Below are positions 1-10,656 of a DNA stretch of 64,000 nucleotides, piece after piece. The stretch is from Catajapyx aquilonaris. Lineage: Eukaryota. Under the pieces are notes generated by a model. That model did not search any database, was not told where the DNA came from, and saw only the letters and a program-made list of their open reading frames with translations. Every line of letters begins with the position of its first letter. Position 1 is the stretch's first letter. The DNA lies in assembly GCA_000934665.2 (NCBI GenBank), contig JYFJ02001050.1:1-64000 (forward strand), given 5' to 3'. Made by a program: the position numbers and the translations under genes.

Positions 1-658
<658 letters not shown>

Positions 659-880
659 CTTGGACTCGAACTGGTGACGTCACAACGGTGACATCACTGT
701 TCGGGGGGCCGAATACGACTGAGCGGCTACGAACAGCAGCAGATTATTAGTAAGCAGCGTTAAGCAGGGCGGGTCGTGACGTCACCCGGAAAGGAATGCG
801 GACCTGCTTGAATCAACCTGCGTTGATTCCATCGTCTTCCAGTGGGCTGGAGAGGCCGATGCAGCCCCGCTGAGAGAAGG
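659..880. promoter_or_regulatory. Bidirectional promoter shared by NDUFV1 and NUDT18
   Basis: Head-to-head start codons about 220 bp apart; two GTGACGTCAC (CRE/ATF-type) palindromes with cores at 675-682 and 777-784; CCGGAA just after the second. Confidence 0.6.
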
Positions 881-2038
881 ATGGACAGCATAGAGTCGAA
901 CGTCCGTCTGGCGCTGGACGGGGAGGCGCTGGAGGAGGCGCAGACACTCTGCGACTTCACGGTCCAGCAGCAGAACGAGGCTGCGGCCGCCAAGGGTATG
1001 GCCGTCGGAGCCTCCTCCAGCAGCACCCAGCAGGAGTACGTCCCGCTGGTCAAGCAGACGGTGTGCTACGTGGTGGCCGCAGTGCTCATCAACGAGGAAG
1101 GGGAGGTCCTCATGATGCAGGAGGCCAAGAGCAACTGCGCTGGGCAGTGGTACCTCCCAGCCGGGCGGATGGAGGCCGGGGAGAGCGTGCAGGATGCGGT
1201 GGCCAGGGAGGTCATGGAGGAGACCGGGCTGGTCATGGAAGCCACCACGCTGCTCATGGTGGAGAGCGCCGCAGGAGCCTGGTTCAGATTCGTGCTCACC
1301 GGAACCGTGCTGGGTACGTACGCACCGGAACACACCTTGTCGGCATTTAACGCATTTCATCGCAGGCGGCAGGCTGAAGACTCCAGCCGAGGCAGACTCA
1401 GAGTCGCTCCAGGCCAAATGGGTTGGCGACCTCAACGAGCTTAGTCTGCGGGCCAACGACATCATACCGGTTATCCGCCTGGCCCGGTATTACCACCAAG
1501 CAACGGGCGGTACCCCCAATGGCGGTCCGCCTCCCCTGGACGCACCCTGGCACTCTGCGGTGCTGCCTGCCATGCGACCGCACTCGCACATGCTTCTGCG
1601 CCTGGTTGTGTGCGTCAGACGGCGGGTGGACAACCGGCTGCATGTGCTGGTCAGCGAGAAGACCGAGGCGCATCTGCCCTGCTGCGAGATACATCCGTCA
1701 CGCTCTCTGCACTCGACCCTCAAGCGGTTCATGATGGAGGTGTTCGGATCCGACCTACCGCAACACAAACCCCACGGACTTTTGTCAGTCGAGCATTCAG
1801 GTAGGGGTCCCAAACCGTATCGCAGTAACCGCACACTACAAGCGTCCATCCGACAGGTCTTCCCGCAGATAAGGACGACGGTGCTGCGTTCACCCTGCTC
1901 ATCTCGGTGCGTAAGGCGCTTGAGGACGTCTGCTTAATCGACAAGTACACATGGCTGCAGGTGGCACCGCAGTTGGCGGACGACATACTGCGGAGGCTGG
2001 GCCGCAACATGACCATCGCCCTAAACGTAGTCCGCTAG
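881..2038 (+). CDS. NUDT18: Nudix hydrolase, 8-oxo-dGDP phosphatase NUDT18-like. Exons 881-1313, 1366-1800, 1869-2038
   Basis: Nudix box GRMEAGESVQDAVAREVMEETG; family motifs VLMMQEAK..CAGQWYLPAG, WFRFVLTG and LKTPAEADSESLQAKW; AATAAA near 2131. Confidence 0.92.
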
Positions 2039-2396
2039 ACACGTTACATTCCTCGTTATTATTTTCATAGTTTATCAGTCCTATCGGTACCTGTCCACTC
2101 ATTTTATTCCTTCCATCCTTTGGTTGGTGCAATAAATCTGTTTATATTCAGCCCCGGTTTATTTTGTCAACAAGCGAAAGTGCATTGCCTTGGACCCTGT
2201 GCCCTCCTTTAAACCTGATGTGACGCAAGTATGTCATGTTAGAAAGGGTATGACCACCAGTGCTAATTATTACAATTGGGTTTGTTGAATCGGGCGCCGA
2301 GGCGGTGCTGCCACCTGCCGGCCGGTCGCTGAAGCAGCCAGTCAGTGTCCCTCGACGCCTCCGACGCCTCCGACGCCTTGCGATGAGCCAGCAGCA

Positions 2397-3743
2397 ATGG
2401 TAGGTGGAGGAAGGCGTCCTGCGGGCAAGACGCCCTCGCTGTTCCACAGAGGAGGCGCCCTTCTGGGGGGCCTCCTTGGGGTCACCCGCAGTAAGGTCAC
2501 CCACCGCAGGTACCCGCTGCCCACTGCCCCCAACAATGCACCGCCGGCGTCCCCTCCTGGCCACCTGGCACCGGCCGACCTGCCCAGAGAGAACCAGCTG
2601 GTAGCGGAGGCCGCGCTGGTGGCCTACGGATTCCAGACGCTGCTCCTGCAGCTGCTGAACCTCTACCGGACGGTATGGTGGCTCCCACACTCCTACACCA
2701 GGTTTGCAATGGTATGTCCGCCGTACGCTAACCCAAGGCGGCAGCAATCACTGTGCAGTTCCCTCCCCCGGCAGAACCTGCATCTGATTGACCCCCGCTT
2801 GGTGCTCCTGGTGGTCCTCATTCTGGGCCGCCGCTTCGTGCTGCACCTGGCCAGCCAGATAGCCCTCAGTTTCTGGCCACATCTATCGCACGGTCCGGGG
2901 CTGACCGCACTGCGAGCCTCAATCACCGCAATTCTCGGTGTCATCTACCTGACCCTAGCGGCTCCGATGCTGCAGGATTCGCAGCATCCCATGCTTCGTC
3001 TGTTCTACCTGTGCTATCCGGTGTGTGTGTACCTGGTTGTGTTTGGCGCATCGGGGCAGATTAAGCCGCCTGATCAGCTTCATTGCTGTCAGGTGGCTGC
3101 CCGATACGGGGCGGACGGTGTGCGGCGGCAGGTCGACCGCCTTAAGCACGACTTCAATATGCGCCTGAAGGACGCACTGTTCGACTCGGTACTGAGCGCG
3201 TACTACGCCGGGTTCATCCCCTGCGCTTTTGCACCCAATGCGCTTCACTACGACGCTGGTTTTGCGACCCAGCACCTGGCGTTCGCATTTGGCGGCGCAC
3301 TTGCCCTCCGTCTGACCCACTGCTTCCCGCCTGCGTACTGCCAGGACATGCACCGCTGGGCCGTCCATCTCTCAGCGTGGCCGGGCAACCCGGACCACTC
3401 CCGCTTCTGCAGGGCGTTCGGAGCGCCCCTTGACCCGGAAGAGAGCGACTCTGGGTCAGGGGCATGGGTGCAGCTCCTGGCAGCCCTCTTTCAAGCTGTG
3501 GTCGTCGGGGGTCAGCTGACCTACCTCGTGCAGAGTTCGGATTGGAACCACATCCTGTGCCTCTCCCTCCCGCTCTTCATGAACTACTACTCGCTCTACA
3601 AGCTCATACGGGATTACTTCCTGATCAGCAAGATCAACGGGATCGAGGCCAAGCTCATGATGGCCGCGGCTGTGAGGAACGCGGCCGAGCAGGGGCAGAA
3701 CGCCCCAGGGGCCGCCCCAGAGCCGAACAGGGCCAGGCTCTAG
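2397..3743 (+). CDS. TMEM39: Transmembrane protein 39 family; probable 63-nt in-frame intron at 2712-2774
   Basis: Motifs LNLYRTVWWLPHSY, LKHDFNMRLK..LF.S.LSAYYAGFIPC.F and NYYSLYKLIRD; several hydrophobic segments; AATAAA near 3768. Confidence 0.92.
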   Translation: MVGGGRRPAGKTPSLFHRGGALLGGLLGVTRSKVTHRRYPLPTAPNNAPPASPPGHLAPADLPRENQLVAEAALVAYGFQTLLLQLLNLYRTVWWLPHSYTRFAMVCPPYANPRRQQSLCSSLPRQNLHLIDPRLVLLVVLILGRRFVLHLASQIALSFWPHLSHGPGLTALRASITAILGVIYLTLAAPMLQDSQHPMLRLFYLCYPVCVYLVVFGASGQIKPPDQLHCCQVAARYGADGVRRQVDRLKHDFNMRLKDALFDSVLSAYYAGFIPCAFAPNALHYDAGFATQHLAFAFGGALALRLTHCFPPAYCQDMHRWAVHLSAWPGNPDHSRFCRAFGAPLDPEESDSGSGAWVQLLAALFQAVVVGGQLTYLVQSSDWNHILCLSLPLFMNYYSLYKLIRDYFLISKINGIEAKLMMAAAVRNAAEQGQNAPGAAPEPNRARL

Positions 3744-4001
3744 TCATGTATTAACGCCCACCTCCCAAATAAAACCCGGGTGCGTCCTCATTGTTGCGTT
3801 AATTAATCACCCAGCAAGCGAACGCCACCTTCATGATACCCTGTGTTGCTTTATTAGGCAGCAAATACAAAATATTACAAACAACAATATTGGAATAGGC
3901 ATCGACAATACTGATATTCCCTCTCATCCCATAACAGGCTGGACCAGCCAGCAAAACAATTTGGGCTCCCAACAATGGAGCCCTCGTGTGAACCCCACGG
4001 G

Positions 4002-4625
4002 TCAGTCCTGCGGGTAGACGACTTTGAGCCAGGGAAGCATGAGGAACTGGGAGCCGTCGAAGAAGGTGAAGTAGTCCCTCAGATCGGGGTGGGCGATGGG
4101 GGTGTTGGGGAGGACCTTGAGGCCTTCCTGCGGGACGAACACGGCCTGGGGGCGGATGGTGTCGGCCAGGTCCACCAGCAGGGTGTAGCGCACCTGTCCC
4201 TCCTGCAGCACCCATCCCACCACGACCCCCTTGAAGCCGATGGACACGTGCCGAACCACCTGCCCCACCCTGAACCGCACGGTGGCTGGCCGGACCCTCC
4301 TGGGCGCCACCATCTTTCCGAAGGGAGGCGGACGCTGCCCTCCGATCCTGTCCCAGTAGCGCAGCACCTCCAGGGCCGGGCACTCTGGCTCATCGTCCCA
4401 ACCGTACTGCAGGGAGTCCGGGAAGTTCTGTGGCGGCGGCATCGACTTGGGGAACAGCGTGTGGGCCAGGCGGACGAAGCTGTCCTGCACCGCCCGCACC
4501 AGGAGCGGCCAGTCCAGCCGGTTGGGGAATCCGCCCTGCCCGAAGTAGGAGGCCAGCAGCATCTGCAGGGGCACGCATGTCACCAGCAGGGTCAGCTGCA
4601 GGACCTCCCGTCTCTGCAGGACCAT
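4002..4625 (-). CDS. Intronless protein with an N-terminal hydrophobic segment and a C-terminal YccV-like (hemimethylated-DNA-binding / FBXO21-type) domain
   Basis: VRFRVGQVVRH...GFKGVVVGW...YTLLVD...FVPQEGL...IAHPDLRDYFTFFDGSQF...WLKVVYPQD matches the YccV-like pattern; minus-strand AATAAA near 3851-3856. Confidence 0.8.
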   Translation of the reverse strand: MVLQRREVLQLTLLVTCVPLQMLLASYFGQGGFPNRLDWPLLVRAVQDSFVRLAHTLFPKSMPPPQNFPDSLQYGWDDEPECPALEVLRYWDRIGGQRPPPFGKMVAPRRVRPATVRFRVGQVVRHVSIGFKGVVVGWVLQEGQVRYTLLVDLADTIRPQAVFVPQEGLKVLPNTPIAHPDLRDYFTFFDGSQFLMLPWLKVVYPQD

Positions 4626-5050
4626 CGGGGGAGCAGCAGATGGAACTCTTTCTAACGTTCGCTTATGTCTAAAGTCACGGCATGTCTCCCGCTCAGCGGC
4701 TCGTCGCCCACCGGGCACACACACAGGCCCCCCCTCGCTGCTTCCCTCCTACTATGCCCCTGGGCCAGTGCCGCCCTCGGTCCGGGCCCACGGGTCAGCA
4801 GAACCCCGGAGAAAACACCGGAATCAGCTGATCGCCTGACAGCAGCTGTTCTGCATCAAAGATGGCCGACTGCTGACGTGTCGCAGTGGTGCCAACAGCA
4901 GCACTGCCAGGCGTGCCAATATCCCAGGCAGTGGTGCCAACATGGCCAGGCCTGCCAATGGCCGGGCACCGTATCCAGAATACGGTAGCGCACACCAATA
5001 AAATGAGCAATGCGAGAGTTACGTTCATTACATTTATTACCTGACCCAAC

Positions 5051-7079
5051 CTAATTTGCTTCGGGGTCGTCGTCTTCGGGTGGCGTGTCCTCCTCCCCAG
5101 TCCCCGGCGGACAGTGGCAGTCGTGCCCTTTGTCGTCCGGGTCGCACATCACGCACTGTGGAGGAGAGACACGTGTTAAAGCATAACGGACAGGCACTGT
5201 ATGTCCAAGCGGACCACTCACGTTCTTGAGCCTGAATGACGTGCTGGCCATGTTGACTCCGGAGACGCATGGCGACATGGAGGTGGACACCTTGACAGTC
5301 TTGCCCGTCTTCTTCTTCGGGGCCCCCAGGAACTCCTTCCCGGTGCCTCCCACTGGTCCCGTCAGGTGCCCCGGCTGCTTGGGGCCCAGGAGAGCTCTGT
5401 CCTTGTCCGGAGCTCCAGTCTTCATCTTCCTGTACGTCGAGTCCCTCCTCTTCTTCGTGGGCTTCTCGCACTTCTGCCCGCCGCCCCAGCTCTCACTGCC
5501 AATGGGAGGCTCAGGCTCACCCTCCTCAGGCGGAGTCCAGCTCTCCAGTTCGCCGCAGTCCGATATGTACACCAGGCGCTTTGGCTTCCCATGTATTCCA
5601 CCAAATGACATTATCTGCAATTGAAGGGAAGTTTGTACTCCATGAATGGTCCTGCGGCAGCCTGCAGCGGACCTTCCGTAGGACGTTGAATCCCTGCACG
5701 ACCTCTGCGAATGGGGTGTACTTCCCCGACAGAGCTGGCAGTGGACGGGCCGTTATGAAGAACTGCGATCCGTTAGTCCCTTCACCACAGCTGGCCACGC
5801 ACACGATGCCTTCCTTGTTGGTGTCCAGCCAGGGCTGGTCAATGTCCGAAGGGAAGTTGTCCCCAAACACAGACTTCCCGCCGCCTTGCCCAATCTGTCC
5901 CGACTGGCACAGCACATTCTCCACTGCTCAGGGAAAGACGGATTAGATCACTGCAAGCGCACACGCTCAGCACACGTACCAATCCTGTGGAATTCGCATC
6001 CCTTGTACATAAGAGGCTGTTCGTTGCTCTTGCCGGCGTCGACCCCAATGCAAAGGGCGTGGAAGTTGGCCGACGCCACAGGACAATGAGCTCGATCCGT
6101 CTGGATGATCAGCCGACCCAACGGCTTGCTCCAGCCGCGTGCCTTGATCTCCAGGAAGCAGTACCCTGGCTCTATGGCGCCTTCAGGGTCTGAAGAGACG
6201 GCGCTCAGATAAGCCGCGTCGTCCAGGATATGCTGGCGGTGCAGGCGCTGCTGCTCGGCCTCGCGCTCCCAGTACACGGGGTAGGCGCATCCGCACCGAA
6301 TGGCTTCCAGGCAGTACTCCCATCTCTTTGCGCAGTTCTTAACTGTCGGAACCAGCGGGACCTGCCACAATAAACCGATCATCACAAGCCATCCGAACAC
6401 AGAAGGAATCCGCCTTACCGCCGTGTCAATCATATCCAGTATGATTTTGTTCTGCCGCGCAATGTCCGCCAGAATCATGCGGTCCTCGTCACTGCGGCTG
6501 CGCTGGAAGAACCCTTCCTCCCACTGCGAGTCAATTGCGCCCTGAGAACAAGCCATGTGTTAGGACCTAGCCGTTGCAACGGGACTTGCAAAGCATTACG
6601 TGCGTCCTCATGATCATGGTGATATGCTCCAGAAGCACTTTGTTGTCTCTCTCAATCTGCTGCTGGGTCTGCTGGGCATAGTGGACCTTGTGGATGTTCA
6701 GGATCTCCCGCAGACGCACTCTCGGAGCAGAGGTGTCCACCTTTGGAATGGCCGTCCGCACCTACGAAACAGCGCAATTAACCCAGGGCGTACATGGAAG
6801 TGCAGATCTTACCCTCTCACGATGATCCGCGTAGAGCCGATTGGCTATTGTCCGATGCGTGGGCTTGTGCTCAATGGGCGGTGCTGTCGAGACTGTCCGG
6901 ATGTGCTTGTGTCCGGTTGGCAGGTATCCCAAGTCCCTCAGCCTCTCCCTGGTCCCCCGCCTCTTCTGGGCCGCCAGCTGCCGCGCCTTCTCCGCCTCAT
7001 CGTCGCTCTCCTCTTCGTCCGACCCCGATTCATACTCTTCCGTCTTTCCAGATTTTGTGGACCCTGATTTCGTCGACAT
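5051..7079 (-). CDS. CFAP97/KIAA1430-like + cyclophilin-domain protein, copy A. Exons 7079-6813, 6761-6600, 6541-6419, 6361-5980, 5923-5673, 5614-5222, 5155-5051
   Basis: N-terminal DHRERVRTAIPKVDTSAP...QIERDNKVLLEHITMIMRT (KIAA1430-like); C-terminal CFLEI..GRLII..CPVASANFHALC..YKGCEFHRI..GGGKSVFG..TNGSQFFIT..ISDCGEL (cyclophilin fold); all introns are GT-AG and frame-consistent; AATAAA at 5033-5038. Confidence 0.85.
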
Positions 7080-7179
7080 CGCTACGAAGTACTATCCACT
7101 TACTTCAGATTTAGAAACTGTACACTGAATTATTGGAGATTTGGAAAAGAGTCTTGCCAACAACGGATTGTTGACTGGA

Positions 7180-7193
7180 GTTTCCTTAGATAC
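7180..7193. promoter_or_regulatory. RFX X-box-like motif upstream of cyclophilin copy A
   Basis: GTTTCCTTAGATAC (reverse complement GTATCT AA GGAAAC), about 100 bp upstream of the ATG and retained in copy B. Confidence 0.55.
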
Positions 7194-7782
7194 GTCCACA
7201 GCGTGTTTCACCATTCAGCAGGTGGCGGACGTTACTTTACGCTACCCTGCCATGCACGATTGCAAAGCTGTATATTTGGAATTGCACTTATGCGTAAAAT
7301 ACTGATAACAGTCACGTTTGATTCCCGCATAACCTGGAAAACCCAAATATTTGATGTAATGCCAGCTAGCTTGTGTGGGCTGACCTTTTAAAAATGTGTC
7401 ATTAGTTAATATTAATAAAATCTTTATCCTCTTAATCATTTATTTAATGACTTATTGCAGAATGCAAGAAAATAGCAACCAGATGTAACCACCCCTGAAA
7501 AGTAGGCAGCAAACCCACGGAAAAAAAAAAGAAGAGTAACCTAGAGGCATGTTGTATGATGGACAGGGCGAAGTTTTCCGCATGAACAACGTTTTCCATC
7601 TTCCAGCCAGTGGCTAACCTAATTTGGAAAGTCCAAAGATGAGAAATTCCAACACTCTCCATACGCGGGAAGTGCATTAATTAGGCGTGACATAATACAA
7701 ACAAATGGAGCACATCCACTCTCATTATTTATGTATACGAGGATTTTGCATGTATTTCATAAAAGCCTCCTCCTTCATCCTG

Positions 7783-8255
7783 CTACACCTGATCGTCCAC
7801 CTGATCGTCCTCCTCATCGTCCTCCTCATCGTCCACCTCATCGTCCAGCTGATCTTCCACCTGACCGTCCACTTGATCGTCCACTTGATCGCCCACCTGA
7901 TGTTGGCACTCATGGTAGTAGCACTGCAAAAAATAGTACACGTAAACACTTCGTACAAGAAACGGATTGTCAACACACATACTCGTGTCATTTCGAAGAA
8001 GTATCGCTGTAGGCGGCTTCTCTCAGACTGGAAGATGTGCCCCGTTGCCATTTCTCCCCCCAGGGCCTCGTCCAGGGCGTCCAGAGGGATCTTGTATTTG
8101 CGCATTTTCCAAAGGTACCGCTGTATGTCCGCTTTACTAGACCCGTTGAGGTTCTTGGAGTGTCGGATGGCCTCTCTCAGGAGCAGCTGGTTGTCTTGAA
8201 CAGATAGTGTCTGCCAGGCCGAACTGCCCTTCCTATTGCACACCGCGTGGAACAT
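7783..8255 (-). CDS. Linker histone H1/H5 globular (H15-like) exon 8255-7983 plus acidic terminal exon 7923-7783; either the last exons of cyclophilin copy B or a separate small gene
   Basis: LLREAIRHSKNLNGSSKADIQRYLWKMRKYK...ALGGEMATGHIFQ resembles the H15 winged helix; 59-nt GT-AG intron; tail CYYHECQHQVGDQVDDQV...DDEEDDEEDDQV. Confidence 0.6.
7786..7900. repeat. Degenerate 12-bp tandem repeat, about 9 units (GACGATCAGGTG on the minus strand), encoding DDQV/DDEE
   Basis: cacctgatcgtc / ctcctcatcgtc units seen directly. Confidence 0.9.
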
Positions 8256-8491
8256 CTGCGTAAAGCATGCGAACAGTATTACTCATCACGCCAATACGTG
8301 ACGCCACTTGCACTTTTTATCAACAATCCCATTGTTCCATCGCTCGTCGAGATTTTGATTTGCCACACTTGGATTAATTAGAAGAATAGCAACAACAATA
8401 ATTAATAAGAACATTATAGGAAATAATGTTAAAATTGGTAGCATATTAATATATTGGGTTATATTGGCATTGGCATCAACAAACCACTCAC

Positions 8492-10320
8492 ATTCCTGAA
8501 CGAGTACGCCCACTTGGAGGAGGAAGCCACGGGAGACGGGCCCGTCTCCTTCTTCTTCTTCGGGGCCCCCAGGAACTCCTTCGCGGTGAGCCCCATGGGC
8601 CCAGTCAGGTGCCCCGGCCTCTTCGGGCCCAGGAGAGCCCTGTCCTTGGCCGCGGCTCCAGCCTTTATCTTCCTGTACATCGTAACCCTCCTCTTCTTCG
8701 TGGGCTTCTCGCACTTCTGCGCACCGCCCCAGCTCTCACTGCCAATGGGAGGCTCAGGCTCGTCCTCCTCAGGCGGAGTCCAGCTCTCCAGTTCGCCGCA
8801 GTCCGATATGTACACCAGGCGCTTTGGCCTCCCATGCAATCCGCCAAATGACATTATCTGCAATTGAAGGGAAGTTTGTACTCCATGAATGGCCCCGGCA
8901 GCCTGCAACGGACCTTCCGCAGGACATTGAATCCCTGCACGACCTCTGCGAATGGGTTGTACTTCCCCGACAGAACTGCCAGTGGACCGCCCGTTATGAA
9001 GAACTGCGATCCGGTAGTCCCTTCCTCGCAGCTGGCCACGCACACGATGCCCTCCTTGTTGGTGTCCAGCCAGGGCTGGTCAATGTCCCGAGGCAAGTTG
9101 TCCCCAAACACAGACTTCCCGCCGCCTTGCCCAATCCGCCCCGACTGGCACAGCACATTCTCCACTGCTTAGGGAAAGACGGATTAGATCACTGCAAGCG
9201 CACACGCTCAGCGCACGTACCGATCCTGTGGAATTCGCATCCCTTGTACATAAGAGGCTGTTCGTTGCTCTTGCCTGCGTCGACCCCGATGCAAAGGGCG
9301 TGGAAGTTGGCCGACGCCACAGGACAATGAGCGCGGTCCGTCTGGATGATCAGCCGACCCAGCGGCTTGCTCCAGCCAATTGCCTTGATCTCCAGGAAGC
9401 AGTACCCTGGCTCTATGGCACCATCAGGGTCCGACGAGACGGTGCTGAGATAAGCCGCGTCGTCCAGGATATGCTGGCGGTGCAGGCGCCGCTGCTCGGC
9501 CTCGCGCTCCCAGTACACGGGGAAGGCACATCCGCACCGAATGGCTTCCAGGCAGTACTCCCATCGCTTTGCGCAGTTCTTCACCGTCGGAACCAGCGGG
9601 ACCTGCCACAATAAACCGAGCGTCACAAGCCACCCGAACACTGAAGGAACCGGCCTTACCGCCGTGTCAATCATATCCATTATGATTTTGTTCTGCCGCG
9701 CAATGTCCGCCAGGATCATGCGGTCCTCGTCACTGCGGCTGCGCTGGAAGAACCCTTCCTGCCACTGCGAGTCAATTGCTCCCTGCGAACAAGCCATGTG
9801 TTAGGACCTAGCCGTTGCAACGGGACTTGCAAAGCATTACGTGCGTCCTCATGATCATGGTGATATGCTCCAGAAGCTCTTTGTTGTCTCTCTCAATCTG
9901 CTGCTGGGCGTGCTGGGCATGGTGGACCTTCTGGATGTTCAGGATCTCACGCAGACGCACTCTCGGAGCCGACGTGTCCACCTTTGGCATGGCCATCCGC
10001 ACCTACGAAACAGCGCAATTAGCCCAGGGCGTACATGGAAGTGAGGATGTTACCTTCTCGCGGTGATCCGCGTAGAGCTGATCAGCTATGCGCCGATGCG
10101 CGGGCTTGTGCTCAATGGGCGGTGCTGTCGAGACTGTCCGGACGTGCTTGTGTCCGGTTGGCAGGTATCCCAAGTCCCTCAGCCTCTCCCTGGTCCCCCG
10201 CCTCTTCTGGGCCGCCAGCTGCCGCTCCCTCTCCGCCTCATCCTCGCTCTCCTCTTCCTCCCACCCCGATTCGTTCTCGTCCGTCTTTCCAGATTTAGTC
10301 GACTCTGATTCCGTCGTCAT
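8492..10320 (-). CDS. CFAP97/KIAA1430-like + cyclophilin-domain protein, copy B. Exons 10320-10054, 10002-9841, 9782-9660, 9602-9221, 9164-8914, 8857-8492; 3' end uncertain
   Basis: Closely similar to copy A in exons and introns at an offset of about 3241 bp, with the same splice positions; GTGAGT donor at 8491. Confidence 0.85.
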
Positions 10321-10414
10321 TGCCACGAATAACTATCCACTTACTTCAGATTTAGAAATTGAGTTTTTGGAGTTTTGAAAAAATAGTTTTGCCAAAAACG
10401 GATTGTTGACTGGA

Positions 10415-10428
10415 GTTTCCTTGGATAT
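10415..10428. promoter_or_regulatory. RFX X-box-like motif upstream of cyclophilin copy B
   Basis: GTTTCCTTGGATAT, about 95 bp upstream of the ATG. Confidence 0.5.
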
Positions 10429-10656
10429 GTCCACAGGGTGTTCCATACCAATCAGACACACCAGGGAGAGTGTTTATCCAGCTCACAGCTGCCCATTCAC
10501 AGTCCCTTCCCACTTCACACGACGCATCAAATTCCTTGCGTCAACCCCGCACATACACAACCGTCTCTGGCTCAAAACGCTCATGATTTATTGAACAGAT
10601 ATGGGACAACTGGGACGCACACTTTGACCACTCGGCAGGTGGTGACATGTTGTGAC

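Larger units (their letters stand above)
5305..10445. repeat. Recent tandem duplication: about 5305-7210 versus about 8545-10445
   Basis: Direct sequence similarity covering exons, introns and about 130 bp of upstream sequence. Confidence 0.95.

Noticed and set aside
4795..5049. Minus-strand ORF with a signal-peptide-like start (MNVTLALLILLV)
   Set aside because: It begins at the poly(A) signal of cyclophilin copy A with no room for a promoter and has no recognisable homology
7705..8199. Alternative-frame ORFs with LIVH, RWTM or DRPP repeats
   Set aside because: They are by-products of the 12-bp repeat; splice phase supports the acidic DDQV frame
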